From IMG/VR virus record IMGVR_UViG_3300001765_000069: a stretch of DNA of 20,000 nucleotides, one strand, 5' to 3'. The notes below the pieces were generated by a model. The model was not told the DNA's origin, made no database searches, and was given only the letters and a program-made list of their open reading frames with translations. Both the position numbers and the translations under genes were made by a program. This DNA comes from an uncultured virus (IMG/VR IMGVR_UViG_3300001765_000069). Taxonomy: Duplodnaviria; Heunggongvirae; Uroviricota; Caudoviricetes. Numbering within the stretch: position 1 is the stretch's first letter; each line of letters starts with the position of its first letter. Shown here one piece after another: positions 16,295 to 20,000 of the stretch.

Positions 16295-17307
16295 GAAACA
16301 TGCAACCAACAAAAGCATCTGACAAGCGCGTCGTCAATGGCAAGGGCGACATTAACCAACTCATGCCCTTACGCTACGAATGGGCATGGGATTACTTCTT
16401 GAACGGCAACAAGAACCACTGGCTGCCCACCGAGATCCCCATGGGCCAAGACATCGCCGATTACCGCACGCTCACTCCGGCCGAGAAGCACGTTTACGAG
16501 AACGTGCTGGCCTATCTCACGACGGCTGACATCTTGGCTATGCGCAACATCGGCTTGGCCATCATGGAAAAGGTCACCGCGCCGGAATTGCAGATGTACA
16601 TGGCGCGGCAGGTGATGGATGAAGCGATCCACACCATGAGCTACCAGCACTGCATCGAGAACCTCGGCCTTGACCAGGGCGAAATCTACAACCGCTACCG
16701 TGTCGTGCCGGAGATCCACCGCAAGATTGAACTGAGCAATCGGCGCCTGAGTGCAGTGCTGCACAGCGACCTTGACCTGACTGGCAAGCACGCGCTGAAC
16801 ACCTTTGCCATGTCCTATCTGTTCTTCGCAGCGGTCTTCGAGGGAACGTGGTTCTTCAACGGCTTCTCACCGGTCTTCAGCTTGCAGCGCCGCGGCCTGA
16901 TGAAGGCTACAGGGGAGATGTTCCAGTACATCCTGCGCGACGAGACCATGCACGCCTCATTTGGCTTGCGCGTCATCAAAACACTGATGGAGGAAGAGGG
17001 GTTGGTACTCAACCCGGCTGAAGTGGATGAAATGTGGAAGGAGTGCCACGAAGCTGAAGAAGACTATATCCGCTACGTCCTGCGCACTCCGATTCTGGGC
17101 TACTCGGTTGATATGCACATGGGGCAGTTCCGCTACGTCGCCAATCGCCGGATGCATCAGCTTGGACTGCCTGACCAGTACCCTGGCGCAGTGGACTGCA
17201 TTCCTTGGCTGGACGAGCAGGTAGGCGGCACCAAGAAGGAGAAGAACTTTTTTGAAACCCGCGTCACCGAATATCAGACCGGTGGCGCAGTTAATTGGGA
17301 GGATTGA
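16291..17307 (+). CDS. nrdB: Class I ribonucleotide reductase beta subunit (start may be ATG 16300)
   Basis: NHWLPTEI, TADI, DEAIHTMSY (radical Tyr retained), FEGTWFFNGF, RDETMH, C-terminal KEKNFFETRVTEY. Confidence 0.95.
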   Translation: MRNMQPTKASDKRVVNGKGDINQLMPLRYEWAWDYFLNGNKNHWLPTEIPMGQDIADYRTLTPAEKHVYENVLAYLTTADILAMRNIGLAIMEKVTAPELQMYMARQVMDEAIHTMSYQHCIENLGLDQGEIYNRYRVVPEIHRKIELSNRRLSAVLHSDLDLTGKHALNTFAMSYLFFAAVFEGTWFFNGFSPVFSLQRRGLMKATGEMFQYILRDETMHASFGLRVIKTLMEEEGLVLNPAEVDEMWKECHEAEEDYIRYVLRTPILGYSVDMHMGQFRYVANRRMHQLGLPDQYPGAVDCIPWLDEQVGGTKKEKNFFETRVTEYQTGGAVNWED

Positions 17308-17308
17308 C

Positions 17309-17542
17309 ATGACATGCTACTTTTGCGACGACCCCGCACGTATTGAAGACGACACTGCGGTTACAACTGAATTCACGCTGCCAACATCGCCTAAGCTGTC
17401 AGACTTGAAGAGCAAGGAATGCACTGTGGTAGAACTGCAGGCCGCACTTGCCCACTTGATTGACCTCTACAACGAGCAGGGCAAGGTGATGAGTGCTGCT
17501 ATTGCGGATAAGCAGGACCGCGAATGGAGAGCAACGATATGA
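17309..17542 (+). CDS. Small hypothetical protein
   Basis: Start set at ATG 17309 after GGAGG; N-terminal CYFC; ATGA overlap with the deaminase. Confidence 0.65.
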   Translation: MTCYFCDDPARIEDDTAVTTEFTLPTSPKLSDLKSKECTVVELQAALAHLIDLYNEQGKVMSAAIADKQDREWRATI

Positions 17543-18123
17543 GCAACAACAAATGTATGACGTGCGCGATGAAAAACTCATGGAATACTGCTGAAGGTGT
17601 TTCTGTGTGCTCAGTATGTGTTGGCTTCAAGAACTGGGTGGCAGCTGAAGAACAAAAGCCATACGTTGTGATCACGACTGGAGGCTACAACGTCACCAAG
17701 GCACTTGCATTCCTCGACATCGCGCAAGCCTACGCCCGTCGATCCAAGGATCGGAGTACACGGGTTGGAGTCCTTATTCTGGACCCCAACTTCAACGTCC
17801 GCAGTTCAGGTTGGAACGGATTCCCGCGAGGCATTGATGACACGATCGAAGTACGTCATGACCGCCCAGCCAAGTACCTTTGGACGTGTCATGCTGAAGA
17901 GAATGCTGTGGCACAGGCCGCACGCGTTGGAGTTTCTCTTGACGGATGCACGGCCCTTGTAACTGCGCTATTCCCATGCACCACGTGCTCACGCATGATG
18001 ATCCAGGCTGGCATTGTCCGCATCCTTGCTCCCGGTGTACCAGCCAACACAAGGTGGGACGAGCAGGAAGTTGTAGCCCTGGAGATGTTGGCGGAAGCTG
18101 GTATTGAAATTGTTCGTTACTGA
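17539..18123 (+). CDS. dCMP deaminase with Cys-rich N-terminal extension
   Basis: SKDRSTRVG, GWNGFPRG, HAEENA, PCTTC zinc-deaminase motifs. Start at ATG 17539 after GGAG. Confidence 0.92.
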   Translation: MSNNKCMTCAMKNSWNTAEGVSVCSVCVGFKNWVAAEEQKPYVVITTGGYNVTKALAFLDIAQAYARRSKDRSTRVGVLILDPNFNVRSSGWNGFPRGIDDTIEVRHDRPAKYLWTCHAEENAVAQAARVGVSLDGCTALVTALFPCTTCSRMMIQAGIVRILAPGVPANTRWDEQEVVALEMLAEAGIEIVRY

Positions 18124-18150
18124 GTGTCACTTTTAAGGATAGGAACCAAT

Positions 18151-18849
18151 ATGAAACGGATTGATCTGCTGGACAATGGCTACGTGCAACTGGTAGAAGC
18201 ATGGGGAAGTGATTCAAGATTCATTGAAGCTGCTCGCATGAGTACTGATGGTGGTTTCAAGGGATGGGGCACGCCTGACTCGCCAGGAGACGAGCGCCTG
18301 CTGGCTTACCTCTACAACAACAAGCACTCCACCCCGTTCGAGATGGGCGGGCTGATCCTTGAGGTCAAGGCGCCAATCTTCGTGTTCCGAGAGTGGCATC
18401 GCCACCGCACCCAGTCCTACAACGAGATGTCGGCACGTTACATCCCGCTGCCGGACGAGAACTACATGCCGTCGATCGAACGCTTGTTGACTGGTGCCAA
18501 CACGGCGACAACCAACAAGCAGGCACAAGGTCTTGGTGGTCTTAGTGCCGACAACGCCGAAGACTTCAGGCTGATGCTGGAAAGTCTGTACGAGCATGCT
18601 CAGATTGTGTATGACGCTGGGTTGAAGTGGGGCGTGCCGAAGGAACTGGCTCGCTTGCCCGTACCTGTTGCTCGCTACAGCAGAATGCGTGCCAGCGCAA
18701 ATCTGCGCAACTGGTTGGCCTTCTTGACTTTGCGGATGAATCCTGCTGCGCAGTGGGAGATCCGGCAGTACGCAGACGCAGTTGGTCAGCTTGTCAAGGA
18801 GAATTTCCCACGTACGTGGGATCTGTTCGAAGCTGAGCAATCTGCTTAA
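18151..18849 (+). CDS. thyX: FAD-dependent thymidylate synthase
   Basis: HSTPFE, RHRTQSYNEMSARY (ThyX motif), ELAR, NLRNW, LR-x4-AQWEIR. Start at ATG 18151 after AGGA. Confidence 0.96.
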   Translation: MKRIDLLDNGYVQLVEAWGSDSRFIEAARMSTDGGFKGWGTPDSPGDERLLAYLYNNKHSTPFEMGGLILEVKAPIFVFREWHRHRTQSYNEMSARYIPLPDENYMPSIERLLTGANTATTNKQAQGLGGLSADNAEDFRLMLESLYEHAQIVYDAGLKWGVPKELARLPVPVARYSRMRASANLRNWLAFLTLRMNPAAQWEIRQYADAVGQLVKENFPRTWDLFEAEQSA

Positions 18850-18872
18850 TATTTAATCAACCAAAACGCGCT

Positions 18873-19214
18873 ATGCTCAACGATCTCGACACGGCCAAAG
18901 CATCGGTATCAGAAGAGGCCTTGCCCCTCAGCATTGGCCTGAAAAGCCGCTCCACGCGGGTGGCTATTTCAAACCCGGCGCTGAGGACCATAGGTACGGC
19001 AGAACTTGCTCAAATTGTGGGCAAGATGGAGTCAACCCTCAAAAGGGAGTTGACAACTAACCCTGATAGGTATCCACCAAGGTTCCGCCCCCCTGGTAGC
19101 AACAAGATCCTGTGGCTCGAACGTGTCGTGATCGATTGGCTTGACAAAGTTCAAAATGGATGTTGGCAGGAACCGAAGCGTCGGACTGGACGTCGGCGAC
19201 AGGTTCCGGCTTAG
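18873..19214 (+). CDS. AlpA/excisionase-like winged HTH protein (start may be GTG 18960)
   Basis: IGTAELAQIVG...TLKREL...RYPPRFR...ILWLERVVIDWL pattern, basic tail, near the integrase. Confidence 0.7.
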   Translation: MLNDLDTAKASVSEEALPLSIGLKSRSTRVAISNPALRTIGTAELAQIVGKMESTLKRELTTNPDRYPPRFRPPGSNKILWLERVVIDWLDKVQNGCWQEPKRRTGRRRQVPA

Positions 19215-19222
19215 GAGGTTCA

Positions 19223-19438
19223 ATGGCCATTAAAATAGTTTATGTGAGACCCGGGACGATGATGGATATAAGGGTTGTCAGCACACTTGATGAAACACTT
19301 GACAAACGCGGGTGGGTGAGTCAGAACAGGCCGGGTAGTCTACTTGTGACGGTTCACGGCAGGGACAAGGTTGAGGTTCATGGTCATGACATCGACACTT
19401 ACGGAGGGCGTCAATGTGGGCAGATTAAGCACACGTGA
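19223..19438 (+). CDS. Small hypothetical protein
   Basis: Strong RBS AGGAGG at 19213-19218, ATG 19223. Confidence 0.65.
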   Translation: MAIKIVYVRPGTMMDIRVVSTLDETLDKRGWVSQNRPGSLLVTVHGRDKVEVHGHDIDTYGGRQCGQIKHT

Positions 19439-19730
19439 AAAGTTGGCAGCATTGCTGCAGTCTAGCTTTCCAGAGGTCGGTGGTCAGCCTGTAGTGTGGC
19501 ACCCGGACGACCTTTACCCTGCCACTGGGGCATACCGGTCAAACGCCCAACTCGATTGCTGCCGGTGGGAGGGGTGGGCGAGCAGAGCAAATGCGGACGG
19601 CACCCGTCACCCAATAGCATCAGTCCACAGCTACGAGACCATGACCAGGCTGGTGAAAATCGGCGGGTTGAGTATTTCAGCTGACGGCGAGATTTACGCG
19701 TCTAGCCCAACTTCTTCGCCAGGTCGGTAA
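19416..19730 (+). CDS. Hypothetical protein
   Basis: GGAGG then GTG 19416; 3' end overlaps the integrase 3' end by 29 nt. Confidence 0.55.
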   Translation: MGRLSTREKLAALLQSSFPEVGGQPVVWHPDDLYPATGAYRSNAQLDCCRWEGWASRANADGTRHPIASVHSYETMTRLVKIGGLSISADGEIYASSPTSSPGR

Positions 19731-20000
19731 CGTCTGGCGAGTAGTAGACGTTCAGGCTTCTGACGTCTTTGTGGCCGGTGACAGCGGCCAATTCCAACAC
19801 ATTGGCAAACTTCGACGCAACCCGGGTGGTCACATCCCGGCGCGTGTCATGCAGATGCAGATCCTTGATTCCCAGATCCTTGCAAGCCTGCCTGAAGTAG
19901 ACGCCGATCGTTCCCTTGTTCACTTCGAACACCCTCCCGGACTTCCTGTCCCCGATCACCACTCCCAGCAATTCCACTGCCCGCAAGCTGAGCGGCACAT
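19702..20000 (-). CDS. int: Tyrosine recombinase/integrase, C-terminal catalytic part (5' truncated by the window)
   Basis: HDTR (H-x-x-R), TGHKD and catalytic Tyr region LNVYY. Confidence 0.9.
   Translation of the reverse strand, partial: VPLSLRAVELLGVVIGDRKSGRVFEVNKGTIGVYFRQACKDLGIKDLHLHDTRRDVTTRVASKFANVLELAAVTGHKDVRSLNVYYSPDVTDLAKKLG

Larger units (their letters stand above)
1..20000. mobile_element. Phage/prophage replication and nucleotide-metabolism region, probably temperate
   Basis: Tightly overlapping co-oriented ORFs (many ATGA/GTGA overlaps); phage-type gene set (PolA, ATP ligase, SbcCD, HNH, dNMP kinase, ThyX, dCMP deaminase, many small ORFs); AlpA/Xis-like HTH and tyrosine integrase at the right end. 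Confidence 0.9.

Noticed and set aside
19283..19304. ACACTTGA direct repeat with TTGACA as att arm site or promoter
   Set aside because: Only 8 bp, inside a coding region, with no good -10; attP cannot be located in this window.

Overview
Gene-dense, almost entirely + strand DNA replication, recombination and nucleotide-metabolism module of a tailed phage or prophage, probably from a proteobacterial host. In order: 3' end of a probable primase/helicase, a separately promoted conserved protein (possibly SSB-like), HNH endonuclease, MazG/dUTPase-like pyrophosphatase, ExoX-like DEDDh exonuclease, an orphan ORF, dNMP kinase, TraR/DksA zinc finger, a 1178-aa PolA with fused 5' nuclease, a Pol-beta-type nucleotidyltransferase-like protein, RecU-like resolvase, ATP-dependent ligase, Nmad5-like protein, SbcD/SbcC, a lone class I RNR beta subunit, dCMP deaminase, ThyX and an AlpA/Xis-like HTH. 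The window ends in the C-terminus of a convergent tyrosine integrase, suggesting a temperate element. The most striking observation is that the Nmad5-like protein has a C-terminal tail resembling the toxin-neutralising C-terminus of DUF1778 (AtaR/TacA) antitoxins, a candidate phage antitoxin mimic. Two sigma70 promoters share an extended motif. All family assignments come from motif recognition by eye; no searches were run.
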